A stretch of 64,000 nucleotides of DNA from Verrucomicrobiota bacterium (GTDB lineage Bacteria > Verrucomicrobiota > Verrucomicrobiia > Limisphaerales > AAA164-E04), in contig CP170459.1 in NCBI GenBank assembly GCA_047947115.1, positions 3,840,001 to 3,904,000 of the forward strand, written 5' to 3'. Below are positions 19,784-30,548 of the stretch, piece after piece. Within the stretch, counting starts at the first letter, position 1; every line of letters begins with the position of its first letter. The notes below the pieces were generated by a model. It saw only the letters and a program-made list of their open reading frames with translations, was not told where the DNA came from and searched no databases. Both the position numbers and the translations under genes were made by a program.

Positions 19784-22381
19784 TTATTTTGTTGCCTCCC
19801 GGTTGAGGATGGTCGTGTTCGGTTGGATGACGATTCGGAAGCCGATGGCTTCGGGGCGGGTGATGAAGACGGCGTTTTCGCGGGGGGGTTCGAATTCGTT
19901 GAATCGGTGTTGACCGAAATATCCACCGCCATGGAGTTTCCATTTCACGGGTTCAAAGTTGTTGGATTCGTCGCGATCCAGCAGTAGGTCGGAAGCGCTC
20001 CATTCCCAGGCATTGCCTTGCAGATCAAACAGTCCACTGGGGCTCGCTAAGCCCTGGCCGGTTGATTTCAGAAAGTTGATCGGGTCAATGGTTTGGTCGA
20101 GATAGTAATCCCGGTAAACCAATAGTCTCGCAGGATCTTCGACGGGGGTGATGCCAAATTGATAAGTGCCTTCCAAGTGTTCCGATTGCCAAAGTTCCAT
20201 CCAGTCTTTTTCTTGCGGCAGAGAGGTCAATGGACGTGCGAGTTCAAACATTTGGTAGCCGAACCAGTTTGCCATGCCGGATGCCGTGCGACGATCCAGG
20301 CCGGTGACCGGAAAGGTCGGTCCCATCCGGTCGGGTTGAAAGTTGAGTTGGCTTAGGATTAAGTTCGCGATTTCAGGGTTGTCGCTCAGCCAACGTGCGA
20401 AATCCATGATCCGGATTTCCCATATACTCCAATAAAGGTTATTCACTTTGATATACCGCATGTCCAATGCCTTCACCTTGTGTTGGGCCTTGTCCCATGC
20501 ATCATGCGCTTTCATACGCTGGGTTGAAACTTCGTTTGTCCAACGTTCATAGATGCGAGTGGCCTGTATCAGGTGATTCAAAGATTCCCGGTATTGTTCT
20601 GCCTGGAACAGTGCTTGTGCCTGATCCTTCATGCCTGGCACATCCGCAAGAAACTTTAATTCGGGAGGTCCGATCGATTCCGGGAAGAGGTTGATCCAAT
20701 GCTGTTCGGCTGCTTCAAAAAGGCTCCAATGTTCGCGAAAGATGGTTTCCTGATGAGTTCGGAGCTTCGACTCCTGTTCCCTGAGTGACTGAATGCCTTC
20801 TTGCCTGGAGCCGGAAGCAAGAAAATCCAGCGATGATTCATCGGTGGGGGCGGTATTTCCTGCTGATTTTGTGATCGTGGGAGAGGAGGTGTTGAGGCGC
20901 ACAATGGCGTCCCTGAGGCGGTGTGCTTCCCGGATGGTGGCCACCATATTTGTAGTTCTGTTGATTTCCTGATCCAGACGCTCAAATAAAGGTCCTGCCT
21001 CTTGAAATGATTCCGAGTCGAGTGCAGCACGTGCGGCTTGCAGGAGATCGCTGATGGCATCCCAATGTCCCTCGGCATTCAATCTTGGCTCCATCCACTG
21101 GCAGGCTGCATGGACGAAGTGCCATTGATTGGATGCCTGCATCCAGGTGGTGGAACCGGTGTTGTTGCCCGCCTGGACGGCTCCTTCCACTTCCATCTTG
21201 CGGTGCAGGATTTCCATTTCCATTTTGAGGGACCGGATTTGTTCCCGAACTTGGTTCATCGCTGATTTTGAACTCACGGCGCGTTCATTCCAGGTGCGGA
21301 TTTGTTCGGTTCGGTGCAGGAGATCCTGACGGGCAAAGGATGAAGACAGTATCGTTAATCCTCCGCATATCAAGGTCAGAATGCCTGCCTTGATTCCATT
21401 GGAAGCGGATCGCCAGCCGCGACGAATTTTCGAAAACCATCCTTCGGGTCGAATGCCCCGGTCAAGCGCGTTGGCAAACTCAACCAGGGAAGGAAATCTG
21501 TTTTCGGGCAGGTGATCCAATGCGCGATCGATGGCCTCGGTGAAGGGCATGGGTAAATCGGGGCGTTTGTCATACAGGCTTCCCGCCACGCCGAGTGGGA
21601 ATCTTCCGGTCAGCAATTCGTAGGCGATCACCGCCAGGGAATATTGATCGGCACGAGTGTCTGCCGAAGTGTTCTGTTCCAACACTTCAGGTGCCATATA
21701 GTAAGGGGTGCCTGCGGAAAGTTGGCTTACACTTTGGCGGAACAGGCTGCTATGCGGGGTGCGGATGACTTGGGCCAGACCGAAATCCATGACTTTGATC
21801 TCCCCGGATGGCAAAAGGGCGATGTTTTCCGGCTTGATATCGCGGTGGATGGTGGTGTTGTGTGCGTATATCAACGGGGCACAAATCGATTGGATCAACG
21901 AATGGACGTTGTCAATGGAAAGGGGCTTGTCCTCATCCTTCAGCTGCTTCATCCATTCCCGTAGGTTGCTTCCTTCCAATAGTTCCATCTCCAGAAAATA
22001 AATCCCTTGGAACTGATGGACGTCGAACACCTTGACAATGCCGGGGTGTGTCAGGCGTGAAGCGATCCTGACTTCATGGATGAAGTTATTGACGGCTTGT
22101 GGATCTTGCAACAGGGATGGGGAAATGCATTTCAAAGCGACCTCATGTCCGCGGTTCCGATCCATGGCCCGGTAAACGATGCTCATGCCCCCGCTTCCAA
22201 TGCGTTCAAGGATTTCGAAGCGGTCTTGGATGTGGTTGCCCACTTTTAATTCGCCTGCCGCCAGATCGATCCGGGATGCATGACCGGAAAGAGCCTCTTC
22301 CTTCGATCGCAGCTTCCGCTCACGACGATCCGGAATGGACCAAACCTGAGAACTTTTTCTTTCGGGCGGAGGAGTTTTCAT
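19784..22381 (-). CDS. Ser/Thr protein kinase with TM helix, coiled coil and FGE-sulfatase-like C-terminal domain
   Basis: GSGGMS, VALK, HRDIKPEN, DFG, GTPYYMAPE; GLFDLQGNAWEW...IGFRIV; ATG 22381 overlaps the upstream TGA. Confidence 0.88.
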   Translation of the reverse strand: MKTPPPERKSSQVWSIPDRRERKLRSKEEALSGHASRIDLAAGELKVGNHIQDRFEILERIGSGGMSIVYRAMDRNRGHEVALKCISPSLLQDPQAVNNFIHEVRIASRLTHPGIVKVFDVHQFQGIYFLEMELLEGSNLREWMKQLKDEDKPLSIDNVHSLIQSICAPLIYAHNTTIHRDIKPENIALLPSGEIKVMDFGLAQVIRTPHSSLFRQSVSQLSAGTPYYMAPEVLEQNTSADTRADQYSLAVIAYELLTGRFPLGVAGSLYDKRPDLPMPFTEAIDRALDHLPENRFPSLVEFANALDRGIRPEGWFSKIRRGWRSASNGIKAGILTLICGGLTILSSSFARQDLLHRTEQIRTWNERAVSSKSAMNQVREQIRSLKMEMEILHRKMEVEGAVQAGNNTGSTTWMQASNQWHFVHAACQWMEPRLNAEGHWDAISDLLQAARAALDSESFQEAGPLFERLDQEINRTTNMVATIREAHRLRDAIVRLNTSSPTITKSAGNTAPTDESSLDFLASGSRQEGIQSLREQESKLRTHQETIFREHWSLFEAAEQHWINLFPESIGPPELKFLADVPGMKDQAQALFQAEQYRESLNHLIQATRIYERWTNEVSTQRMKAHDAWDKAQHKVKALDMRYIKVNNLYWSIWEIRIMDFARWLSDNPEIANLILSQLNFQPDRMGPTFPVTGLDRRTASGMANWFGYQMFELARPLTSLPQEKDWMELWQSEHLEGTYQFGITPVEDPARLLVYRDYYLDQTIDPINFLKSTGQGLASPSGLFDLQGNAWEWSASDLLLDRDESNNFEPVKWKLHGGGYFGQHRFNEFEPPRENAVFITRPEAIGFRIVIQPNTTILNREATK

Positions 22382-24735
22382 TTCAGGTCTTTGGGCCAGT
22401 TTTTGATCACACATCGGAATCCGCTTTCCACCAGGCCGGCCGGTGGGTTCACCCGATATCCGACGCGCATCTGTTCCGGATGCAAGGTGCGCCATCCCCC
22501 GCCGCGCAGCGTGTAATGTTGTGTGCGATTGGGTGGGGGTTGAAACCTGTATTCGGAAGAAACCCATTCCATCACGTTGCCGCCAACGTCATATAATCCA
22601 TGCCCGTTGGCTTTGAATTGCCCCACGGGGGCCGTGCGGTCAAAACGATCGATCTTGCCGAAGTATTGATTCGATGCGTCAGCGCTGCTGAGGGTGTAGT
22701 AGTTGCCGTAGTTGGAAAAATCGTTTGAATTCCCATCCCATGGCAGTAAATCCGGGGCGTTGAAATGCCGCTCCTCCGGCCATTCGCCTGTTTCATGGGG
22801 AAGCCCGGCCAGTTGACTCCACTCTTCGTCTGTAGGAAGGGAATAGTAGGCATCCTCAGGCAATAAACCCATAGAGCGTTCTTTTTCGGTCAACCATTCA
22901 CAGAATTTGACCGCACCGTAACGAGTGATGGTGGATACGGGGTGTGCAGGAGTATTCAAAGCTGCTTCCTCCCGCCAGGAACGGTTTTCATCAAAGCCGC
23001 TTGAGGTAATGAAATGATAAAAATCAATGACACGTGTTTCCCAGATCGATACGCGCATGTTACCCACTTGAACGAAGAACATACCAAGACTGTTTTGAAA
23101 GCCTTGGGGTGGCTCTTTGGGCAGTGCTTCCCAATCGTTGGTCCAGAATGTGAATTGTTCCTGAATGCGGCGTGCTTCCACAATCTTATCGACCACCTCA
23201 GGGCCAGTTCCGGGGTTCTCCAACTGTTCGAGTGCGGCCGTAAGATTCTCTTGAGGCTCGGCATAAGGGGTGCCCCGCACCTTCAATGCATGCGCCCAGT
23301 CATCCCGTTTTTCCGCGGCAACTTTCTTTTCGGCGGCGAGCAGGGATATGAGCTCTGACTGAAGTGTGGAAAGGGATTCGTCGAGCTGTTGGATGGCGGT
23401 GTCCAATTGTCCCGTTTTTGCAGAGGCCAAGGTTGCAGTCTGTGACTTGGCAAGGTGCGCTATCCATGCGTCCCGTTCTTCTTTGCGGGTGGTAGTGGAT
23501 TGGTCGATGTGGTGTATCCACGTTCCAGTTTGCGAAAACAATCGAACCCATCTCTGACCTTTGGTGATTCGGATTCGCTCGGATTCGAGTTCGGTTTGAA
23601 GTTGGTTCATTTGAACCTGCAGCTTATTTCCGCTCAGTGCTCCCAATTCCAACATGGTGTCGATGGGGTATATGTGACCAAAGAGATTCTGTAAATGAGG
23701 GTGCAAAGCCGCATGTTGAAATCCATCTTTGAAAAGTTGAACGCGTTCCGCTTCCAGCTCGCGGGTCATTCGTTGCAGATCCGTGCGTGTCGTGGTCTCA
23801 GGGATGACTACTGATGTTTCATAAGATAATTCCTGCCAAAGCGGGATTAATAACAAGAGCAATGGCGCCCACACCAAACCCCGGGTCCATGCTTTCTTGT
23901 GGAACAATTGTTTGATGGATTTCGAGGAGGTGATTGTTCTTTTTGAAGTTAACTTTTCCCGAACCCCTTTCAATGCATGCATCAACGCTGGGAGATCTTC
24001 AAAGCGGTCCGCGGACGATGTTTCGGTGAGTCGTTGAATGATGGATCTGTGGGTTTGGAATGAGTCCGAATGATCTTTCAGTTGACTGCACTGGATGAGT
24101 TCGGTCCACAAAGTTCCCAGTGCGAATTGATCCGTTTTGAAATCGGGTTTGGCGTCGAGTTCATACATTTCGGGGGGCAGGTATTGCCCGGTGCGCAACA
24201 AAGCGGCGCTCGATTTCAAGCTGTCCGGTGATAGAAGGTGATGGAGTCCATATTCACTCAGGGATACCGTTCCGTCTTTGGACAGCCAAATGTTTTCGGG
24301 TTTGATGCCCGCATGAGCCCAGCCTGTTTGAACGCCCGCTTGCAGGACTTGGGAAATGGTTTCGACGATTTCGAGAATGGTTTCTTCTGTGAATTGTTTG
24401 GAGGGATCTGCTTTTGCCTGCTTGATGCGTTCTCGCAGGACCTGTCCCTTCTGGCGTTGCATGCTGATGTATGCGCCTCCTGCGTGGGGCGCAAAATCAA
24501 ACACGGTGACGACGGATGGGTGACGGAAATTCGTGGTGGTGGTGAGCCATTTTGCGGCCACATCAAACCCGCCGACTTCATCGATGATTTCTTCATCAAT
24601 CCATCGAAGTGCGACGGTTTCGTTTCGGACATGATCCTGAGTCAGCCAGACCTTGCCCGTTGATCCTTCACCCAGTTCTTCAAGGCATTCGTAACGGTTG
24701 GCGATCCAGGTTGAGTCGTTCCCTAGTTCTTCCAT
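22378..24735 (-). CDS. Pseudokinase with TM helix and FGE-sulfatase-like domain
   Basis: Kinase fold with VALR, HAGIKPEN and EYG substitutions; HPV, LPTDEEW, GLYDVGGNVMEW, GFRCV. Confidence 0.8.
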   Translation of the reverse strand: MEELGNDSTWIANRYECLEELGEGSTGKVWLTQDHVRNETVALRWIDEEIIDEVGGFDVAAKWLTTTTNFRHPSVVTVFDFAPHAGGAYISMQRQKGQVLRERIKQAKADPSKQFTEETILEIVETISQVLQAGVQTGWAHAGIKPENIWLSKDGTVSLSEYGLHHLLSPDSLKSSAALLRTGQYLPPEMYELDAKPDFKTDQFALGTLWTELIQCSQLKDHSDSFQTHRSIIQRLTETSSADRFEDLPALMHALKGVREKLTSKRTITSSKSIKQLFHKKAWTRGLVWAPLLLLLIPLWQELSYETSVVIPETTTRTDLQRMTRELEAERVQLFKDGFQHAALHPHLQNLFGHIYPIDTMLELGALSGNKLQVQMNQLQTELESERIRITKGQRWVRLFSQTGTWIHHIDQSTTTRKEERDAWIAHLAKSQTATLASAKTGQLDTAIQQLDESLSTLQSELISLLAAEKKVAAEKRDDWAHALKVRGTPYAEPQENLTAALEQLENPGTGPEVVDKIVEARRIQEQFTFWTNDWEALPKEPPQGFQNSLGMFFVQVGNMRVSIWETRVIDFYHFITSSGFDENRSWREEAALNTPAHPVSTITRYGAVKFCEWLTEKERSMGLLPEDAYYSLPTDEEWSQLAGLPHETGEWPEERHFNAPDLLPWDGNSNDFSNYGNYYTLSSADASNQYFGKIDRFDRTAPVGQFKANGHGLYDVGGNVMEWVSSEYRFQPPPNRTQHYTLRGGGWRTLHPEQMRVGYRVNPPAGLVESGFRCVIKNWPKDLK

Positions 24736-26012
24736 GTCACCTCCTCCAGAAGTGCCAGGTAGTTTTTGAAGATCTCTTCTTTGGTTGAGGAGGGCACACG
24801 ATGCGCGAGACCGTGTGCCAAGGACGCGTTCAAAGTATGCTCCATGTGCGTGATGGTCGCTCGACCCAACACCCAGGCTTCATCGGAGTCGATTTGGGAC
24901 TCGATCCGGGTTTTCAAATTTGAGGAAGTGATCAGGTCGTTTGCCTTCAACTTCATTGGACAGTTAGCCTCCTTATGATGTGGAGATTCCCACTCAGTGA
25001 ATAAGTGATGAAGCTGATCCAAGTTATCCAGGTAGCCTTGCATTTCCAACATCGTCCATTGAGCATCGATAACAGCTTTTCTTAGCATTCGGAAATTGTC
25101 CCGAATGATTTGCTCCAGTTTTTCCTCCAAAGGTAGTTGTTCTTGTCTGTCCTTAGGTGACAGTGTCGTTGTGCTAAAGTCGGATGGATACTTTAAATAA
25201 AGGTTTTCCTGTGCCCAGAGTGTGGTCCCATTCCGCTTTGGCAAATCTTCGATGGAATAACGATTCAATTGTACTTGATGCGGTTTGACATCCGGTCCGA
25301 GTTGAATGTCCTGTGTGCTTTCTCTGCCCCGGCTGAGAATGGATTGTTGGAAGGTATGAATTGGTGTTTCGATGTTGTTTATCCGGAACAGACCTGCGAG
25401 AGAGAAACGCTCACGGGCGGCGATGTGGAAACCATAAGGAACGGAGGAAAATAACTGCCCATCTTCAACGGACATGCCGAGGTATACTGTGTTGATGCCG
25501 ATTCCCATTGCCTCGGCCAGGCGGTATCGACTTGGAATGGCCCGTGCCACCCCCTCTGGCATTGGCGTTTCCGCTCTCCTGCCTGTCCAAAAACGTAGTG
25601 GCCCCAGAGGCGGAGTATAGTTGACCGGTTGGTCCAGGTCACCCCACGGATCGATCTGTTGAGAAGGGGCTTCGCTGAAGCGTTGAGCTAAAGCAGCCTT
25701 TCTGCCTGTTTCCAACGCTTTACGAATGTTCTGAAGATGGGAAAGATATGAGTTGCGTTGGCTCCATATGGACTGCCATGCGTTGCCCTGAACATATTGG
25801 TCCCCCAGTCGTTTGAGTGCTTCAAGGGCGGGGGAGATCATCGGTTCCTGCTGAGGCGGGTTGCTTGACGTTGTTCCATCCTGGGCATATCCAGTAAGCT
25901 GACCCGACATGCTGATCCCTGCGATAGTGAGTGATCGTATCAGGGCTTTCTTCAGCCAATGAATTCCTTCTGGCAGGAAATCGTGATCATCGGTTGAAAA
26001 CATTTGTTTCAT
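24723..26012 (-). CDS. Hypothetical protein, possibly exported
   Basis: 429-aa ORF overlapping the pseudokinase start; signal-peptide-like segment. Confidence 0.6.
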   Translation of the reverse strand: MKQMFSTDDHDFLPEGIHWLKKALIRSLTIAGISMSGQLTGYAQDGTTSSNPPQQEPMISPALEALKRLGDQYVQGNAWQSIWSQRNSYLSHLQNIRKALETGRKAALAQRFSEAPSQQIDPWGDLDQPVNYTPPLGPLRFWTGRRAETPMPEGVARAIPSRYRLAEAMGIGINTVYLGMSVEDGQLFSSVPYGFHIAARERFSLAGLFRINNIETPIHTFQQSILSRGRESTQDIQLGPDVKPHQVQLNRYSIEDLPKRNGTTLWAQENLYLKYPSDFSTTTLSPKDRQEQLPLEEKLEQIIRDNFRMLRKAVIDAQWTMLEMQGYLDNLDQLHHLFTEWESPHHKEANCPMKLKANDLITSSNLKTRIESQIDSDEAWVLGRATITHMEHTLNASLAHGLAHRVPSSTKEEIFKNYLALLEEVTWKN

Positions 26013-26068
26013 GGATTGTGCCAGATGCTTTGCTCGAGCCGTTGACCATTATTGAACTCCATCCATGG

Positions 26069-26242
26069 TCATTCCCCATCTGGCTTGAGAACGTCGGAAG
26101 GGTTGGTGTAATCTTGTGAAGTTCGATTCTGGTTGGAGGGGCTTGCGGGGGCGGGATCGTCCAGATCCAGTAAATCCTTCAGTAACCCGGCCAATTGTTC
26201 CGGACCGGCAGTACGGAGATCTTTTTTTTCGTTTTTGTTCAT
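26069..26242 (-). CDS. Small hypothetical protein (57 aa, not in the ORF track)
   Basis: MNKNEKKDLRTAGPEQLAGLLKDLLDLDDP...; co-oriented within the sigma/kinase cluster. Confidence 0.3.
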   Translation of the reverse strand: MNKNEKKDLRTAGPEQLAGLLKDLLDLDDPAPASPSNQNRTSQDYTNPSDVLKPDGE

Positions 26243-26470
26243 TGATGAGTGTTTGTTGCCTGGAGGTGCATGAGTGTTTTATCCGCAGATGTCATAGATG
26301 AACACCGATATTAAAAGGAACACAAATTGTTTGGATACCTGTGTAATGACTCGTCCCTGACAAGTCCATTCGTTGCGGTATGAACCAACTCTCTGTCCAA
26401 AATCCAAATCATCTGCAGGTTTCAAACTGCATAACTTTATTTTGATGTCCAAGATCGAGTCCCACATATG

Positions 26471-27241
26471 TTATACGTTTTTCGAAGGCGTTTCTTGTCG
26501 GGCAGGGGCAAAAAAACGCGATAAATAGCTCCATTCTTCTTCAAATTCCTGGGCGGATTCGGTGAATTCCGCGATAACTTGTTGGTAACAACGCTGAAAA
26601 ATACGTTTGCCGGTGGCGAGTTTGTTTTGCGCTTCCGCGCGGTTGCGCAAGCCCAGTTCCTGCACGAGGATGTCGTAGGATTCGGGTTGCACTTCCTCAA
26701 TGTGCGGTGCCAGCACGCGTTCGTGAAGGATTTCCCAGATGTCTGTCTGGTTCCTTTTGACACAGAGTTCGTGCGTGCGATGAATCGCTTCCCCGATGAT
26801 CTGTCGAACGAACCCCTGATCAAACACGCGTTGTTCCTCCTGTTCCAGCGCCGCCGTGGTTTCGGTTTGCAAGTCCTCCAGCGGCACAAAACCGTTGGGC
26901 GGACATCGTTTCATGGAAGATTCGCGCCTGATCTGGTCACAGACAAAATGCCTGATCGAAGTCATCAAAAAGGTCCGAAACCGTCCCTTGGTCTGGACAG
27001 CCTGAGCGAGCGCGTCCTTTGACAGCACACGATCCGTGACAAACTGCTGAACCATATCCTCGGCAACATCCTCAGTAACACGGAACTGACGTTTGACATA
27101 CTCGACCATCGCCGGGACATAGCGGGCACAAATATCATTCAAAGCCTCCACGCGCCTGCGATCCGGTCCCTCCGTCGCCTGGCGGACCACATGCCATTGC
27201 GTGGTGGCAAAGGTGCCCTGTTGGATGCGTTGTCGTTTCAT
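26471..27241 (-). CDS. ECF sigma-70 factor (kinase-associated FxTTxW type)
   Basis: FATTQWHVV, AEDMVQQF, KGRFRTFL motifs. Confidence 0.85.
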   Translation of the reverse strand: MKRQRIQQGTFATTQWHVVRQATEGPDRRRVEALNDICARYVPAMVEYVKRQFRVTEDVAEDMVQQFVTDRVLSKDALAQAVQTKGRFRTFLMTSIRHFVCDQIRRESSMKRCPPNGFVPLEDLQTETTAALEQEEQRVFDQGFVRQIIGEAIHRTHELCVKRNQTDIWEILHERVLAPHIEEVQPESYDILVQELGLRNRAEAQNKLATGKRIFQRCYQQVIAEFTESAQEFEEEWSYLSRFFAPARQETPSKNV

Positions 27242-27502
27242 GTCACTCAGTTGCTCGGTAACATTCTAAATTCAGAAGACATTTTCTCAAGTGAGGAAAT
27301 GAAGACTGTAAGGCATAGGAGGTGTGAGGGTTGAGGTTGTTGGACGCATGGTGAGGAGTTTGTTTTTCACATTTTTTTCTCCGATAGCGCAAGATTCGAT
27401 GCCTGGATGCGTAGAATATTATTGAGGTTATGCAGGGAGGGAGGAACCGACACCATTTCCGCTGAAAAAAAGCCAATAACCTACAAAGGAACTCACTGAA
27501 CA

Positions 27503-28615
27503 ATGATTTCGAATATGATGATGAACAAAGGGGGCATTTTTGCCATCGTGATAAGTATGGCTTGTAGCATGCAGGCCGCTATTTTGGTCGTGGACCAGGA
27601 TCCGAGCAATCAAGCAGCTGATTATAAGCAATTGCAGCCCGCGATTGATGCTGCACAAGCTGGGGATACCATTTATGTGATGCCATCGGCAACAACTTAC
27701 GAAAATGCCACCATTGAGAAATCGCTGATTCTTATTGGGGCGGGTATGGCAAAGGAGGTAGCATTTTCTGCAGCTCCCAGTCTGGAGTCCAGATTGGGAG
27801 AGTTGATTATTAAGGCAAACGACGTTTTTGTAACTGGCTTTGTATTTTCCGCAGAAGTTCAAGCTCTGGCTCCATCTCAGAACATCACCATATTCCGCAA
27901 TTATTTTGATGATTCAACTTACGATGGGGAATTAAGCGCTTATGCCGTTGAAACTCCCGAAGTGGCCACAACGATTTCCAATCTTCACATTATCAATAAT
28001 CGATTTTCGTCAAACTCCTCTAACAAAGTGCCTGTGGATCTGTTTCATTCAACTCTTGATGATAGTCGAATCCTAACCGAAATGGTTGGTCTTGTCTTCG
28101 CTAATAACATGGTGTTGGGCGGCGATGTTTCTTTCCCCAATGGTGATGGAGATATTTTCAACAACTATTTCAATGTTGATCGGATAAATCTTCGAGAATC
28201 TACGGCTCGTGATGGAACTCTGTATAGTGAGGGAAGGTTTTTTAATAACATCATTCATGCTGCTTACATTGTCGAAGGTAGACAAGAGGTGTCTCACAAT
28301 GCCTACAAAGATACAACTAATGCTTCTGTGGGGAAAACAGTCTACTTTTCTGATACAACGAATATTGAGTACGAGGATTTAACATCATTGATTGTCAATA
28401 GTGGTGGGTGGGGGTATTCACATGTTCTTGCTGTCGACAGCCCATTAAAAGGAGCTGGAATGAACGGAGATGACATTGGCATTCTAGGCGGGCTTCATGC
28501 CTGGAACCTCAACCATCAACCGCCCGTTCCCATCATCACCAAACTCCAGGCACCGCTTATTGTGGGTGCCGGTGAGAACCTTTCCCTGCAAATCGAAGTC
28601 CAACCCAACAACTAA
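27503..28615 (+). CDS. Secreted right-handed beta-helix protein
   Basis: Signal peptide; LQPAIDAAQAGDTIYV; repeated IxNN motifs; DIGILGG. Confidence 0.75.
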   Translation: MISNMMMNKGGIFAIVISMACSMQAAILVVDQDPSNQAADYKQLQPAIDAAQAGDTIYVMPSATTYENATIEKSLILIGAGMAKEVAFSAAPSLESRLGELIIKANDVFVTGFVFSAEVQALAPSQNITIFRNYFDDSTYDGELSAYAVETPEVATTISNLHIINNRFSSNSSNKVPVDLFHSTLDDSRILTEMVGLVFANNMVLGGDVSFPNGDGDIFNNYFNVDRINLRESTARDGTLYSEGRFFNNIIHAAYIVEGRQEVSHNAYKDTTNASVGKTVYFSDTTNIEYEDLTSLIVNSGGWGYSHVLAVDSPLKGAGMNGDDIGILGGLHAWNLNHQPPVPIITKLQAPLIVGAGENLSLQIEVQPNN

Positions 28616-28627
28616 GCCTTCAAGCTT

Positions 28628-30503
28628 ATGTTCACTCGACAAATTGGACATGCCACCCTGTTGGCAATGCTCTGCGCCCTTCCGCAGATGCATGGGGCAA
28701 CCGTCCCTGAATTGACGGACCCGCAAAAGCAGGTGACCCGACTGGAGTACTTTTACGATCAGGACCCGGGCTTTGGAAAGGGTGTTGCGGTCGATTTCGA
28801 AGCGGATGCCCAGGGACGCATTCAAATGAACCTGAACCTCCCGCTTGATGGCTTGAGTGTCGGGATGCATCAACTGTTCATCCGGGCATTGAACGGTCGA
28901 GACGAATGGAGTATCGCTCACAAACACACATTCTTCGTGACACCCTTTGCTGCACAGACAGTCCCTACAATAGCAAAAGGGGAATACTTTTTCGGAGAAG
29001 ATCCCGAAGAGGGAAATGGGACAACGCTGCTACCTGACAATCCATCGGGAGGGGGCGTTGCTTTTTCCATCCAGACACCTCCCATGCAGGCTGGGCATCA
29101 TACTCTCCAGTTCCGATCGCAGGATTCTTTTGGAAACTGGAGTATGCCCCTCAAACACACAGCGCTTCAAATACCCGACATTCGTGTGACGGGAGTGGAG
29201 TGGTCCGTGTTGGAAGGCGAAGAGACGATTGACTCCGGTATCCAACCTGTCATTCCACCAGTTTCCCGGTTTTCAGGTGAATTGAATACTTCCTTGTTGC
29301 CGGATGAAACATTCATCGAGCGCCCCTTTCAAGCTCAGGCGCGGTTGATATTGGAAGAACGGATCCCAACGGTCCTGCAGAGCTTGGATCTGGAAATACA
29401 AGCCCTGGCAGAGCCTTTACGCATCATCACCCCTCCACGAAGTCAGACCGTATCGGTCGGAGACCGGTTCTCATTGTCTGTAGCGGTTGAGGGAACCGGG
29501 GAAAAGACGTTCCAGTGGTTTCACAATGATCAACCGATAGCCGGCGCGGTCGGTGCCGATCTGGTGTTGTCAAATGTTCAATTGGCTGATGCCGGAAGTT
29601 ATTACGTCAAAATCGAAGGGATCATTGGCAATCTTCAGAGCCAGACAGCCATCCTGACGGTGAATGATCCCAATCCCCCAGTTGGTGAGATCGTGTATCA
29701 TCCCGCCGACTCCAATCAGGACGGACGGATCGTCATTGGAGAAGTCACCGCCTATGGTGCCGCCTGGAAACGTGGAGACACCTGGCCCACCGAACCCAAT
29801 CCGATTCCCATCGGCTACCTCACCCGAGCCGGTGCACTATGGAAGGGCGGGGAAGCCTACGAAAAGGATGCGAACGTTGCGCAGCCTCCGATGTGGTGGG
29901 TGAATCCTCAACAAGCCGCCAGGGCTCTTTTGGTGTATGCTCCATCGGTCAGTCAGAATAAAGTGGTCAGGGAGATCGAACAATCCTCAGTTCAGATTGA
30001 TGTTCAACTTGCTTTTCCAACACAGGTGTATGCAGTGGAGGAATCGATTCCCGTGGGCTACGTGGCCGTTGGCATTTCCCATGGCGGCCTATTTGATAAA
30101 GAGTCACATCAGGTACGCTGGGGGCCTTTTTTGGATGAGCAATCTCGGCCGTTGACTTACCAGATAGTCGCTGAACAAGGTGTTTCAGGTGATCCCACAT
30201 TCAAAGGCATGGCAAGCTTCGATGGATTGAGCGTTTTCATTCGAGACTCTGTTGAGTCTGAACCTTTGGAGACGGGCGAACCCTCGCTTGGTATACGTAT
30301 CGGAGAGGGGGGAGGCGCAAATTTCCATTCAGGGTGAGTTGAATGGAGGCTATGTGATTGAATCAAGCGAACGTTTGCAAGATGCGGTTTGGGTTGAGAT
30401 TGGATCGGTCATTTCAGGTGCCAATAGTTGGGAGCATAAAACTGATGTGCAGCATGCCCGGCAATTTTATCGGATTCGGAAAATACCTGCTGCCACGCGA
30501 TAG
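28628..30503 (+). CDS. Secreted Ig-domain surface protein, frameshifted at a G6 run (30307-30312)
   Basis: Two EYF.x.DP repeats, Ig domain (FQWFHN...DAGSYYV), EF-hand-like HPADSNQDG; removing one G joins the C-terminal ...RQFYRIRK domain. Confidence 0.75.
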
Positions 30504-30548
30504 ACACACCCTCACCGTTTGAACCTTTTGTTTCTAAGAAATCCATAC

